This document shows, one piece after another, positions 39,272 to 53,784 of a stretch of 64,000 bases of DNA (the first letter of the stretch is position 1; each line of letters starts with the position of its first letter). The stretch covers positions 84,520 through 148,519 of the forward strand of contig NW_018406690.1 of NCBI RefSeq assembly GCF_002113885.1, given 5' to 3'. The notes under the pieces were generated by a model. It worked only from the letters and a program-made list of their open reading frames with translations, was not told the DNA's origin and ran no database searches. The translations under genes were made by a program, and so were the position numbers. The stretch comes from Mizuhopecten yessoensis. Taxonomy: Eukaryota.

Positions 39272-39661
39272 AAAAAGGTAAAACAGTTTCTTAATATGCA
39301 ACTGTCGTGTCAGGTAACAGATGAAGAAATAAAACAAAATTTATTTTAACAGAAGAGATAAATTTTGTCATTTTAACCAAAATAGGTGAAATGTAAGATT
39401 AAAAATGGTGATAACAGCATTATGTTCTCAACTTCCTGTTTTCCATTTTACAATCACAAACATGCATGAAGTTGAAAAAAATCTACTGTATATTCCCTTA
39501 TAATAACATGCATGTTATTTCTTGTATGACAGGTATGTACAGTAGAATTACATTTTCTGTACATATGATCTCCTGAAGGTATTATTTGCTGTGAAAAGGT
39601 TCCAAGTTTTAAACTAGTAGAACTGTATAGAAAATATATTCTGTAAGTGTGGCCCTTTAAC

Positions 39662-39820
39662 TACAATATTTATCCTGCAATAAGTCCATGGGGCCAACAA
39701 TTAGACTGTAACTTAGAGTAGGAGGTGGGCTTATTGAAGGACAATTAAGTTGCATTTCTACTGAATTTGACATGGGTAGGCTTATTACCAGGCATGGGCT
39801 TATTGCAGGTTAATATGATA
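39662..39820. mobile_element. MITE (Tc1/pogo-type)
   Basis: Inverted ends ATATTTATCCTGCAATAAGTCCAT / ATGGGCTTATTGCAGGTTAATAT. Confidence 0.65.
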
Positions 39821-41083
39821 TATATATAGCAATATGGACACTGATAAATAGAAAGACATCTACCACGTATTCCTGGCCCTAAGGGATACACATTACCTTA
39901 AGGATGTGTTATCTATGACAAACACTAGAAAACGATATCTATTATAACATTGTATCGCCTAGTTGCTCTTATAAACATGTTATTTATGACGGACATAAAG
40001 TAGAATCCTATCTATCATGTAATTGCTTATATGCCTCAATTTGTGTCGAGACACACCATATATCTTAACTTCTCTTTATATTATGTATATAACCAAACAC
40101 CATATGTACTTTTCTTTGCTGAAATTCTAAGTGTATTAAGTTATAATTATGATGTGTTTGTATGTCTGAAATTCTCCGTGTATATATACGTATCAATTAC
40201 GATTGACATGGCAGAAGGTCTACGCACATGTGTCACAAAGGTGTGTTTATCTTTGTGACCAGTGATGTCCGCTGTCATTAACTGACCTCCACTGGTCAGT
40301 TTCCTGTTAGAACAGTCGTGACTTGGTCATTTCCATTTGATGTATTTTTGGTTTCCTGGGTAACTGTTTGTCCCAGAATTCTCTCGATGAACTGCCCAAA
40401 CATTTGGGTTCCTGTGTTATTATGGTATAGGTGAAGTACTGCATAACATTTCAGGACTTCATGTAAATTAGACTGCCATTAAACTTTTACCTTTATCCTT
40501 GCCCCTGGCTATAGGTCAGTATGTATCATCATTAACACAACATTGGCTTTACATATGCATGTTTGTGAGTGTGCCAATGTATGTGACAAATTCATAGGCA
40601 TAGCCTTTCAATGCGGAAATGATCTGAGTCAAACGAAAGTACAAGCATGCCATTGTGAAGGTATGGTGTATATATATGATTAGTCGACACAAAGAGGCTC
40701 TCTGTTTATTTGGCATGAAGGAAAGTTTCAGTCACCCATCAATTCATGGTTCATCATGATCAAGGCCTCGGTTTATTGGTAGGAAATGATGAAGCTTTAA
40801 CATGGATTAGTTCACACTGGGACTGTCTGCTATATACTGCAAGGTAGGCATTTAAATGTGTACACATGTGGAATATTAAAGGTTTTATCAATGGCGTTGT
40901 CTCTCCATCCTCAACTTTCAACTGTCCGTTCAGTACGTGACAGCATCATTAAGATCAATGATGAAGATATTTATTTTGACAGGAAACTTTTTACTACCTA
41001 AGAAAGTGTTGTCTGTATCACTTTCATGACCGAAACCCTGATGTCAATATCAGTAGTAGAGGTCAAAGGTCATTGAGTATTCT

Positions 41084-44000
41084 TGTGGTTCGATTCAACA
41101 TGACACTTCAGATATTGTGTAATTATAATGGGAAATAATTTCAAGAGTATGATATGACGTGTTTCAGTGTCAAGGTCTTGTTCTCGTTTCTGCCGCTTTA
41201 AAATTGGAGTGGAAAATCAATAGAGAGCATGCATTGCTTTATTGCATGTAGTGCTCGAGTACTGACATATTATTGGTAAGGTATAAACCAAGGCGAATTA
41301 ATAGTTCATTCATTGTTTGATACTGTGGTTTTTACACCAATGAACTCTATTTATTATGTCTTGTGACTAATATAAGATTGACAGGAGACGTCTCGTCAAT
41401 GATTTGGTGGCAAAACCACTTTTGTGGTGATTTTATACTTCTGTAATAACAAGTCACTGTTCATGACATCGCAGACTAGTAGCCTGGTAATATTTTACAT
41501 CCACTACTTACTTTCTGCTGCCAAACTTTGCTGTACTGAAGAATTCTCAAAATAAATAACACATATATATATCCAGGTCATATTTGCTGACATTTCATTT
41601 TTATCAAACATGTGTGTGCATTATGGTGGAATATGTAACAAACAAAAAAAATATCGAAAAAATATAATTATATTCTCCTTAGTTCCTCATCCGTACATTA
41701 ATCATTTCATATCTATATTAGCATAATGATAACATAAAGCAAACACATTTTTAACAATTTTATAGCATGCTAGATACGTGCAGTGTTTCAAATATAAGAA
41801 AATATTGGGAAAATTTAATCAACAACAGCTTGATTTAGTGAATATTCCGAAACCCAAGTTATACATGTAAATTACAAGTTATTTAAAGTAAGCTGTTCTA
41901 AGCTTGTTGATGTTATATACACAGTTCTATTTCATTTTCACACCTATTGTGTACCTCATAACTTACATTTTATGTATCAGGTGGACTCCAAAAGGAATTT
42001 TCATTATTATTTATTCTGTGTCTTTTCAACGCTATTGTTGGGACCTATACGTTTTCCCCACTGAAGGCTGTAGGATGTTTTCACGTTTCAGGTTAAAAAT
42101 AATAGAGAAATTTTACAAAGTAGGGACAGGGTATTTAGTTTAGCTTTTCAGTGTTACATGTATTTAAGTTATAATCTCATTAAAGTCACTGACCGGTTAA
42201 AGTTAGTTTGGTTTTGTCTGACACATTTGTTGCTTATGTTAAAGGCATTAATATTTTGATAAATCGAGGGCTGTACAATCAGCATAGAACGCTCATCCAG
42301 AATCGGCCCTGTTTTGATACAATCCACTGACACTCCAGGGGTTATACTTGTATTTTGAATGCAGAATGAAAACATTTCTACATACTGTTGACACAAAAAC
42401 CAATGTAAATAAGTTGGTCAGGTAAACGGTGTGTTTACAAACCTATAAGTAGTGTTAATTACTGGTAAAATACTGAACTAAGAAGTGACATAAGTTTTTG
42501 TTGAAGTTGAACAATCTGACAAGCAGTTCACGACCATACATAACCAACACATGGAATTATAAAATTAAGCCAATATATAGTGTTAGCTTGTTCACTATCA
42601 ATTTCAAAAAACAAATCCTGACCTTTTTAAAGGTCTCCAATTTGAGATACTCTGTATGTTGACAACACCATTCAATAAAATGTGACGGATACACGCCAAT
42701 TTGGCCTCTTGTTTCCTTAGTGATGAGCAAAGAGCTTAAGCCTCCTTAACTCATTCACCCCTGAAATATCATGATGAAATTTTCCAAACTTTGAATTGGA
42801 AGAGTTTAAATGTGGTTCGATTCAACATCACACTACAGATATTGTGTAATTATAACGGGAAACAATTTCAAGAGTATGACATGTGTTTCAATGTCAAGGT
42901 CTTGTTCTCGTTTCTGCTGCTTTAAAATTGGAGTGGAAAATCAATAGAGAGCATGCATTGCTTTATTGCATGTAGTGCTCGAGTACCGACATATCATTGG
43001 TAAGGTATAAACCAAGGCGAATTAATACTTCATTCATTGTTTGGTAACGTGGTTTTTACACCAATGAACTCTATTTATTATGTCTTGTGACTAATATAAG
43101 ATTGACAGGAGACGTCTCGTCAATGATTTGGTGGCACAACCACTTTTGTAGTGATTTTATTCTTCTGTCATAACAGGTCACTGTTCATGACATCGCAGAC
43201 TAGTAGCCTGTTAATATTTTACATCCACTACTTACTTTCTGCTGCCAAACTTTGCTGTACTGAAGAATTCTCAAAATAAATAACATATATATATCCAGGT
43301 CATGTTTTGGTTTGCTGACATTTCATTTTTATCAACATGTGTGTGCATTATGGTGGAATATGTAACAAAAAAACCAGAAAATATCGAAAAAATATAATTA
43401 TATTCTCCTTAGTTCCTCATCCGTACATTAATCATTTCATATCTATATTAGCATAATGATAACATAAAGCAAACACATTGTTATCAATTTAATAGCATGC
43501 TAGATACGTGCAGTGTTTCAAATATAAGAAAATATTGGGAAAATATAATCAACAACAGCTTGATTTAGTGAATATTCCGAAACTCAAGTTATACATGTAA
43601 ATTACAAGTTATTTAAAGTAAGCTGTTCTAAGCTTGTTGATGTTATATACACAGTTCTATTTCATTTTCACACCTATTGTGTACCTCATAACTTACATTT
43701 TATGTATCAGTGGACTCCAAAAGGAATTTTCAGTATTATTTATTCTGTGTCTTTTCAACGCTATTGTTGGGACCTTTACGTTTTCCCCACTGAAGGCTGT
43801 AGGATGTTTTCATGTTTCAGGTTAAAAATAATAGAGAAATTTTACAAAGTAGGGACAGGGTATTTAGTTTAGCTTTTCAGTGTTACATGTATTTAAGTTA
43901 TAATCTTATTAAGGTCACTGACTGGTTAAAGTTAGTTTGGTTTTGTCTGACACATTTGTTGCTTATGTTAAAGGCATTAATATTTTGATAAATCAAGGGC

Positions 44001-44463
44001 TGTACAATCAGCATAGAACGCTCATCCAGAATCGGCCCCGTTTTGATACAATCCACTGACACTCCAGGGGTTATACTTGTATTTTGTATGCAGAATGAAA
44101 ACATTTCTACATATTGTTGACACAAAAACCAATGTAAATAAGTTGGTGAGGTAAACGGTGTGTTTACAAACCAGTAAGTAGTGTAAATGTACTGGTAAAG
44201 TACTGAACTAATAAGTGACATGACTTTTTGTTAGCTTGTTCACTATCAATTTCAAAAAACAAATCCTGACCTTTTTAAATGTCTCCAATTTGAGATACAC
44301 TGTATGTTGACAACACCATTCAATTAAATGTGACCAATACATGCCAATTTGGCCCTCTTGTTTCCTTAGTGAGGAGCAAAGAGCTGAAGCCTCCTTAACT
44401 CATTCACCCCTGAAATTTCATGATGAACTATTCCAAACTTTGAATTGGAAGAGTTCAAATGTG
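41084..44463. repeat. Tandem duplication of ~1.7 kb (41084-42810 and 42811-44463)
   Basis: Both copies start TGTGGTTCGATTCAACAT and are collinear with scattered SNPs. Copy 2 lacks ~80 bp. Confidence 0.95.
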
Positions 44464-44485
44464 TCTTCAGGGTTGAATGACTTAA
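44395..44485. mobile_element. ~90-bp TTAA-flanked MITE family; other copies at 42746-42814 (truncated), 56816-56905 and 59055-59146, relative at 46477-46565
   Basis: TTAA-CTCATTCACCCCTGAA ... TTCAGGGGTGAATGAG-TTAA consensus across copies. Confidence 0.8.
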
Positions 44486-44743
44486 GGCAGACAGAATATA
44501 AAACAGACAAGTATAGGGCTGTTCGATCTTAGTGTCTGCATTCTATATTTGGGTGTTGTTCCCTCTGATCTCAGAACATTATTTATATCTTCTTATTTTG
44601 GTTTATCCTCATTTAGAAAGGTGGGCCTACAGAAATTGCTGACGTGGGTACATGTCGTAGTGGTTTAAAATGTATATATATGTCTGAAGTTGCTTGCTAG
44701 TCACTGCAGGCAGTAGAAAGATTGTTTTAACTCATTTTTTGTA

Positions 44744-44931
44744 ATTCCGTCTTTGCGTATTGCAGAGTTATCTTCACTTGGGAGCAGGTATTGATTGTTA
44801 CGTCATTGGGTTGTGCGAGAAAATTACGTCGTTTTCTCAAAAACTGATGACGTTACTATCACAAACAAGTGACGTAACAATCAATACCTGCTCCCAAGAG
44901 AAGATAACTCTGCAATACGCAAAGACGGAAT
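44744..44931. mobile_element. Young palindromic MITE
   Basis: ~60-bp near-perfect inverted arms ATTCCGTCTTTGCGTATTGCAGAGTTATCTTC...GTTACGTCA. Confidence 0.85.
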
Positions 44932-45150
44932 ACTTCAGACGAGAGTAAAGCACCACCACCTGTTACACATCCTGATGGTTTTTGGTCCCAGTTGGATTTT
45001 GGATTTCAGGTTTCAAAATTCTGCATCTGTGAATTCTCGGATTTTTACGCAAACTACATAGGTCTCAGAAGGAATAAATTAACAACGATATAGTCCAATA
45101 TGGGAACTGGATCTGTACAAACAAATATTCATTGGATGCATATTTATTAA

Positions 45151-45153
<3 letters not shown>

Positions 45154-45186
<33 letters not shown>
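45154..45186. repeat. (TA)n microsatellite
   Basis: Visible directly in the sequence. Confidence 0.95.
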
Positions 45187-45189
<3 letters not shown>

Positions 45190-47834
45190 AAGAAGTAATA
45201 AATACTGCTTTACAAAATACCTAACAGAAAATCTATGTATTTTGTGATGCAGTATATGGTTTTATAGTGACAGTTTGTCTTTGTGTTATATGCTGTGACA
45301 TATTATTACCGGCAAGTCCAACTAACAAACTTTGGGGATTTGTTTTTTTCACCCGTTTGTTATATCTTCCTGTTATTTCTTCCGCTTTTTTTAACGGGTG
45401 GGTTTTCTGTCGTTTTTCCCAAAAAAGTATAAGCTGAAATCGGATAAAACATTACATGAGTGTTCATCATTGGAATGCAGTGTGTGGGACTAGGAGCACT
45501 ATAGCTAGTTGCTTGGTTTTGATCAGTTCATCCAATATGGCTGCCATGGCCTTTGATTGCAGGGTCAAAACTTTAATCTTGATGGATTTTGCTCACATTT
45601 GGTTCGTAAGTGTAGAATTGGACACACAACACTACTGCAACTTCCATTAGTATCATTTGAAACTGTGGGAGTAATTTTGGGGACTTTTGTAATGTCTCCC
45701 ATTAATTTACAATCGGCACTTGTTCTTTTCAAAATTCTAGAAGTTACACTCACTTGCCTTCTCAACAAAGGCGCATGGTGAGCTATTTGATTGGGTTCAG
45801 ATGAGGAAAAAAAATGACCAATCACATTGCTGATTCCTAGCCTTTGAAGATTACAGAGCCAAGGAGCGACCCCTGACTTCAAAGCCAGACATTTTTAATG
45901 TTATAGTGTGTGATTTTTTTTATTTACATCAAAGACTGAAACTAGTCTGTTTGTATCATCCACCAGGTGGTGCGAATAGACCCTTCCATTTCGTCATGAC
46001 ATATTCCTGGCTGCAGAGTGTGTAAGGGAGTGTAACCACTGGAATTTTTGATGAATTGCCCGAAAATTTGACAGGTTGTCTTTGGCTGCACAGCCAGTGT
46101 CACAATAACTTCTTTACTTTTATCTCATCTTGCCTTTCTTAGTTTCTTTAAGTCTTTTCCATATAAAACACATTGCTTACAGTTGTTTGAAATTGGAGTA
46201 GTTGGAAACAAATAGAAATAATCAAATAAGGAAACTAGAAATTCAGGATGTTGAAATCACAACACTTTATTTACTACCATCCTGTTACAAATGTTGCTAC
46301 CAGGAATTGTGATTACACAGTAAACAATAGCCAATGGAAGTAACTGTAAGCCAGGAAAACGCCTCTACGCTACCTTATCTGTTATATGCAAGGGAGAGTA
46401 CTCTAGTTGCTAAACAACAGCTTTGATGTGGAACTCATTGCAATAACTGAGGAACCTACATTGGTACGGTTTACTTTAACCCTTTCACCCCTGTAGACCA
46501 TAATGGACTCATCCAGATCAATGCATGGTAGAGTCTACTAAAGTTAAATAGGGATGAAAGGGTTATAATATCATGTGCATCATCTGCAGGACCATTTCCA
46601 TGGTTTACATGTGTATTTAGTTTGTCATCTCCTATATTAAACGTTCCCTGATTAATGTACTATTTCCCCTCTATAAATACATGATACAGTAGAACGGGTC
46701 AATCTGACTCCGCTGGATATCAATACACATTGAATAATTGAATAAGTGTATATCACTTCGCTCCGTAAATAAATGAGACCCTAGTAGTAGAATGTGTCAA
46801 TTTTCCATCTTAAGAACAAGGTTATAAAACTATATTTTTGTCTGTGCAGGTAGGTGCTATATAAGTAAGAGAAACAATCCACAGGTGGGGTTTTAATTCA
46901 AATCAAAGTTAACTTAAGTTTATCAAAAATGTCAAGGTAACTTTTCCCATCACTTCAGATGTATATATATATATTGTGTTTAGATTTTCTCTGACATGAC
47001 TTATTCTAAAACATACAAACTTTATGTCAATGTGATAACAGTTTTGTAATAGTGATGTTACAATTTTTGATTGATTATGACTGAAAATCTGTTGGAAAGG
47101 TTGAGGTTATAATGCGGTGCCTGAGGATCTAGACATCAATGTTATTGTGACCTGAACTTCAATTAGATGTGTCCCTGTGCCTGACCCTGTACATGTGGAT
47201 ACCAATATTAATTATGTATGTACATGATAAACTGACTACATGTCACTATGTCCTTGAGCTTATATGTTACCATTCAATTATGTTATGTTGGTTATGATGC
47301 ACAAAGGCATTTATTCCTATTGCTTCATAAAGATATATATTTAACCTTGACTAATGAATCTAAAACATATCATTAACAGTATTTAACAAAAATCAAATCA
47401 AAATAGGTAATTATGTTGCAAGATAAAATAAAAATGTCCCCTGTGCTTTGATATGTATGACCTAATGTAGCTGTGTGTAGTGGTATGGTATAACACGTCA
47501 GTACTACGTATGACCTAATATTGGTATTCCGTTGATCATACTTCACGTAACCTGTAATTTGTTTATTCTGACCAAAAGTTAGTCGGATAATACAGACGAT
47601 GTCTTCCCGACCTTATTTTACTTGTAAATGTATAAATGACTGGTCGTCAAATTATGATTTTGATGTTAAAATTTGACACTCGTTTTTCACACCTCGCTGG
47701 ATTCTGATTGCTCGTCTTGTGGAACTTGAACGATCTAAGAATGTGACAATTGTGATCAATTTAACATAACACCTCCGGTGTCATCTATCAGGCACAGGGT
47801 GACGTGAGGTAGTGTGTCATTGTCTTATTATATA

Positions 47835-48534
47835 CCAGGTCCACATGGAATACCAATGAGCTACCAATAACGTACAAAAACTGTACACTTGTCATCATTT
47901 AGGGATATAATGTCATCATTTAGGAATATAATGTCATCATTAAGGGATATAATGTCATCATTAAGGGATATAATATCATCATTAAGGGATATAATGTCAT
48001 CATTAAGAGATATAATGTCATCATTGAAGGATATAATGTCATCATTAAGGGATATAATGTCATTATTTAGGGATATAATGTCATCATTAAGGGATATAAT
48101 GTCATTATTTAGGGATATAATGTCATTATTTAGGCATTTAAAAGTTTGTGAGTTTTAAAATTGCTGTCCCTAAACACTAACAATACAGCAAATTTATGGA
48201 TTTCCAGGTCCACATGGAATAACAATGAGCTACCAATAACGTACAAAAACTGTACACTTGTCATCATTTAGGGATATAATGTCATCATTAAAGGATATAA
48301 TGTCATCATTAAAGGATATAATGTCATCATTAAAGGATATAATGTCATCATTAAAGGATATAATGTCATCATTAAGGGATATAATTTCATCATTAAGGGA
48401 TATAATGTCATCATTAAAGGATATAATGTCATCATAAAGGGATATAATGTCATTATTTAGGCATTTAAAAGTTTGAGTTTTAAAATTGCTGTCCCTAAAC
48501 ACTAACAATACAGCAAATTTATGGATTTCCAGGT
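47835..48534. repeat. Tandem duplication (369 + 325 bp); each copy holds a 21-bp minisatellite
   Basis: CCAGGT at 47835, 48204 and 48529; unit AATGTCATCATTAAGGGATAT. Confidence 0.95.
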
Positions 48535-49607
48535 GTCTGAAATTTGACAAGCAGAAGTATTTAGTACAGGCACTTTCTCATCTTTATTTGAATTCATTAT
48601 TTCATAACTATCTAGCATAAGGTTATATTTAGTGTGTACTGTAATAAACTTTGTATTTGTTGTATTGATTATCAATTTATTTTGCATCACATCCAGGTGA
48701 CCCAAATTGCAATACATAGCATGTGCTTACAGATCCACTAGCCTGGTTTCACTGGGACGAGTTCATTTTATGTTGAGGCTAGTGAAAATTTTCAATATCA
48801 TGAAATGTTAGGGTCTGGTTAGTGTAGTCTGGTTAAAATAGCGTGTCTGCAGGCTAGTACTCGAAATATGATTTTATTTACCTCTGTATAATTTTCAACT
48901 CGGAGGAGGGGGTTGATATATATGATAATTATATAACAATAAAAATAACATTTCTTGGCCTTTCTACTGAACTCCAATATAGTTATATATGTGGATGGGC
49001 TTATTACCTGGCATGGGGTAATATTATAATTATCGTAGGATGAATAAGGCCATTGTCTGCATCAGAAAATGTTCTTAAGTACTTTCTGTCACAGTTTTGT
49101 AATTACGAAAGTTGTGTTTATACCAAGTATCACAGTAAATGTGAATGTGAAAATTGAGTAAATTACATTATTCAGATAATATCCATGACAACAGCAGATG
49201 TTAAATATGTTCCTACAACAAAACATATATGTATATACTGTTAAAGATTCTCGTAACACATTTCACAATAGTTTAAATGACATGACGGCTCATATAGTCC
49301 AAAAAAAGTTTAGTCTGCAGAGATTTGTTTTTGCCTCTTTTTGTAACCTCATAATATTCCGAGGTATAATCACACTACATTTTTGTAGACCTGAAAATAA
49401 GGAAGGCTAGTTATAGAAATATGATTTGTAAACTGCAGATGATGTGTCAAGTATGACTTCAACATCACCACTCAGTTAGGGTCACATCTGAGGAGTTCAA
49501 TTGTCAGCTAGGATTCATTTATATAGTGTCAATCAGCTGTTGGTCGTAAGTAGACAGTATACCATAGACACAGATGTATCATTGTCAGATCTAAAATGTA
49601 CCTATAA

Positions 49608-52600
49608 AGCCAAGGTCACAGTATACGTAACAGCAGATCCCATTGTGTTACCTCTGAGGCCAAGGTCACAGTATACAGCAGATCCCATTGTGAAACCTCT
49701 AAGGCAAAGGTCACAGTATACGTAACGGCAGATCCCACTATGTCAGATCCCATTGTGTTACCTCTGAGGCCAAGGTCACAGTATACAGCAGATCCCATTG
49801 TGACACCTCTGAGGCAAAGGTCACAGTATACGTAACGCCAGATCCCATTGTGAAACCTCTGAGGCCAAGGTTACAGTATACATCAGATCCAATTGTGAAA
49901 CCTCTGACGCCAAGGTCACCGTATACGTAACCGCAGATCCCATTGTGAGACCTCTGAGGCAAAGGTCACAGAATACATCAGATCCCATTGTGAAACCTCT
50001 GAGGCCAAGGTTACAGTATACAGCAGATCCCATTGTGAAACCTCTGAGGCCAAGGTTACAGTATACAGCAGATCCAATTGTGAAACCTCTGACGCCAAGG
50101 TCACAGTATACGTAACCGCAGATCCCATTGTGAAACCTCTGAGGCAAAGGTCACAGTATACGTAACCGCAGATCCCATCCCATTGTGTAACCTCTGAGGC
50201 CAAGGTCACAGTATACGTAACGGCAGATCTCATTGTGAAACCTCTGAGGCCAAGGTCATAGTATACAGTAGATCCCATTGTGTAACCTCTGAGGCCAAGG
50301 TCACCAGATCCCATTGTGTAACCTCTGAGGCCAAGGTCAGAGTATACAGCAGATCCCATTGTGAAACCTATGAGGCCAAGGTCACAGAATACGTAACGGC
50401 AGATCTCATTGTGAAACCTCTGAGGCAAAGGCCAGCAGATCCCATTGTGAAACCTCTGAGGCCAGGGTCACAGTATACAGCAGATCCCATTGTGAATCCT
50501 CTGAGGCAAAGGCCACAGTATACGTAACGGTAGATCCCATTGTGAAACCTCTGAGGCCAAGGTCGCAGTATACGTAACGGCAGATCCCATTGTGAAGCCT
50601 CTGAGGCAAAGGCCACAGTATACGTAACGGTAGATCCCATTGTGAAACCTCTGAGGCCAAGGTCACAGTAAACGTAACGGCAGATCCCATTGTGAAACCT
50701 CTGAGGCTAAGGTGACAGTATACAGCAGATCCCATTGTGAAACCTCGGAGGCCAAGGTCACAGTAAACGTAACGGCAGATCCCATTGTGAAACCTCAGAG
50801 GCCAAGGTCACAGTATACGTAACGGCAGATCTCATTGTGTTAACTCTGAGGCCAAGGTCACAACCTCTGAGGCCAAGGTCACAGTATACAGAAGATCCCA
50901 TTGTGAAACCTCTGAGGCCAAGGTCACAGTATCCAGCAGATCCCATTGTGAAACCTCTGAGGCTAAGGTGACAGTATACAGCAGATCCCATTGTGAAACC
51001 TCGGAGGCCAAGATCACAGTATACGTAACGGCAGATCCCATTGCGAAACCTCTGCGGCAAAGGCCACAGTATACGTAACCGCAGATCCCATTGTGAAACC
51101 TCTGAGGCCAGGGTCACAGTATACAGCAGATCCCATTGTGAATCCTCTGAGGCAAAGGTCACAGTATACAGCAGAACCCATTGTGAAACCTCTGAGGCTA
51201 AGGTCACAGTATACAGCAGATCCCATTGTGAACCCTCTGAGGCCAAGATCACAGTATACGTAACGGCAGATCCCATTATGAAACCTCTGAGGCCAAGGTC
51301 ACAGTATCCAGCAGATCCCATTGTGAAACCTCTGAGGCCAGGGTCATAGTATACAGCAGATCCCATTGTGAAACCTATGAGGCCAAGGTCACAGGATACG
51401 TAACGGCAGATCCCATTGTGTAACCTCTGAGGCAAAGGCCACAGTATACGTAACGGTAGATCCCATTGTGAAACCTCTGAGGCCAAGGGCACAGTATACA
51501 GCAGATCCCATTGTGAAAACTCTGAGGCCAAGGTTACAGTATACAGCAGATCCAATTGTGAAACCTCTGAGGCAAAGGTCACAGTATACGGCAGATCCCA
51601 TTGTGAAACCTCTGAGGCTAAGGTGACAGTATACAGCAGATCCCATTGTGAAACCTATGAGGCCAAGGTCACAGGATACGTAACGGCAGATCCCATTGTG
51701 AAACCTCTGAGGCAAAGGCCACAGTATACGTAACCGCAGATCCCATTGTGAAACCTCTGAGGCCAAGGTCACAGTATACAGCAGATCCCATTGTGAATCC
51801 TCTGAGGCCAAGATCACAGTATACGTAACGGCAGATCTTATTGTGTTAACTCTGAGGCCAAGGTCACAGTATACAGAAGATCCCATTGTGAAACCTCTGA
51901 GGCAAAGGTCACAGTATACGTAACGGCAGATCTCATTGTGTTAACTCTGAGGCCAAGGTCACAGTATACGTAACGGCAGATCCCATTGTGTTAACTCTGA
52001 GGCCAAGGTCACAGATTACGTAACGGCAGATCCCATTATGTAACCTCTGAGGCCAAGGTCACAGTATACGTAACGGCAGATCTCATTGTGTTAACTCTGA
52101 GGCCAAGGTCACAGTATACGTAAAGGCAGATGCCAATGTGTTAACTCTGAGGCCAAGGTCACAGTATACGTAACGGCAGATCCCATTATGTAACCTCTGA
52201 GGCCAAGGTCACAGTATACGTAACCGCAGATCCCATTGTGTAACCTCTGAGGCCAAAATCACAGTATACAGCAGATCCAATTGTGAAACCTCTGAGGCAA
52301 AGGTCACAGTATACAGCAGATCCCATTGTGAAACCTCTGAGGCTAAGGTCACAGTATACAGCAGATCCCATTGTGAAACCTATGAGGCCAAGGTCACAGT
52401 ATACGTAACGGCAGATCTCATTGTGAAACCTCTGAGGCAAAGGCCACAGTATACGTAACGGTAGATCCCATTGTGAAACCTCTGAGGCCAAGGTCACAGT
52501 ATACAGCAGATCCCATTGTGAAACCTCTGAGGCTAAGGTCACAGTATACAGCAGATCCCATTGTAGCAGATCCCATTGTGAAACCTCTGAGGCCAAGGCC

Positions 52601-53638
52601 ACAGTATACGTAACGGCAGATCTCATTGTGCAACCTCTGAGGCAAAGGCCACAGTATACGTAACGGTAGATCCCCTTGTGAAACCTCTGAGGCCAAGGTC
52701 ACAGTATCCGTAACGGCAGATCCCATTGTGAAACCTCTGAGGCCAAGATCACAGTATACAGCAGATCCAATTGTGAAACCTCTGAGGCCAAGGTCACAGT
52801 ATACGTAACGGCAGATCCCATTGTGAAACCTCTGAGGCCAAGATTACAGTATACAGCAGATCCAATTGTGAAACCTCTGAGGCCAAGGTCATAGTATACA
52901 GCAGATCCCATTGTGAAACCTCTGAGGCCAAGGTCATAGTATACAGCAGATCCCATTGTGAAACCTCTGAGGCCAAGATTACAGTATACAGCAGATCCAA
53001 TTGTGAAACCTCTGAGGCCAAGGTCATAGTATACAGCAGATCCCATTGTGTAACCTCTGAGGCCAAGGTCATAGTATACGTAACGGCAGATCCCATTGTG
53101 AAACCTCTGAGGCAAAGGTCACAGTATACGTAACGGCAGATCTCATTGTGAAACCTCTGAGGCCAAGGTCATAGTATACGTAACGGCAGATCTCATTGTG
53201 AAACCTCTGACGCCAAGGTCACAGTATACGTAACGGCAGATCCCAATATGAAACCTCTGAGGCCAAGGTCACAGTATATGTAACGGCAGATCCCATTGTG
53301 AAACCTCTGAGGCAAAGGTCACAGTATACGTAACGGTAGATCTCATTGTGTTAACTCTGAGGCCAAGGTCACAGTATACGTAACGGTAGTATACAGCAGA
53401 TCCCATTGTGTAACCTCTGAGGCCAAGGTCATAGTATACAGCAGATCCCATTGTGAAACCTCTGAGGCCCCGATCACAGTATACAGCAGATCCAATTGTG
53501 AAACCTCTGAGACCAAGGTCACAGTATACGTAACGGCAGATCCCATTATGAAACCTCTGAGGCCAAGATCACAGTATATGTAACGGCAGATCCCATTGTG
53601 AAACCTCTGAGGCCAAGGTCACAGTATACGTAACGGCA
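49608..53638. repeat. ~4-kb minisatellite of mixed 45- and 50-bp units (~85 copies)
   Basis: CAGATCCCATTGTGAAACCTCTGAGGCCAAGGTCACAGTATAC followed by AG or GTAACGG; periods of 45 (49981 to 50026) and 50 (50101 to 50151). Confidence 0.97.
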
Positions 53639-53784
53639 TTATTAGTCAAGTACATATATTGAAAATGTCATAGACAAGTTTGTATAAAGGTCAAGATTGC
53701 TTTTAACATTTACAAAAGAGGTATGTGTCAATGCTCTAAGGTGTCAAGGACAAAGGCATTAACGAGTTTTGCTATGCATAGATA

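Noticed and set aside
41904-44221. Paired ORFs as duplicated genes
   Set aside because: They arise from the 1.7-kb duplication, the frames differ between copies, and they show no protein features.
47889-48550. Heptad-repeat ORFs (MSSLRDI, SFNDDII)
   Set aside because: Translations of the 21-bp minisatellite, without splice or start context.
49616-53546. ORFs with MGSAVYCDLGLRGFT / TVTLASEVSQWDL repeats
   Set aside because: These are satellite translations; 50-bp units shift the frame constantly.
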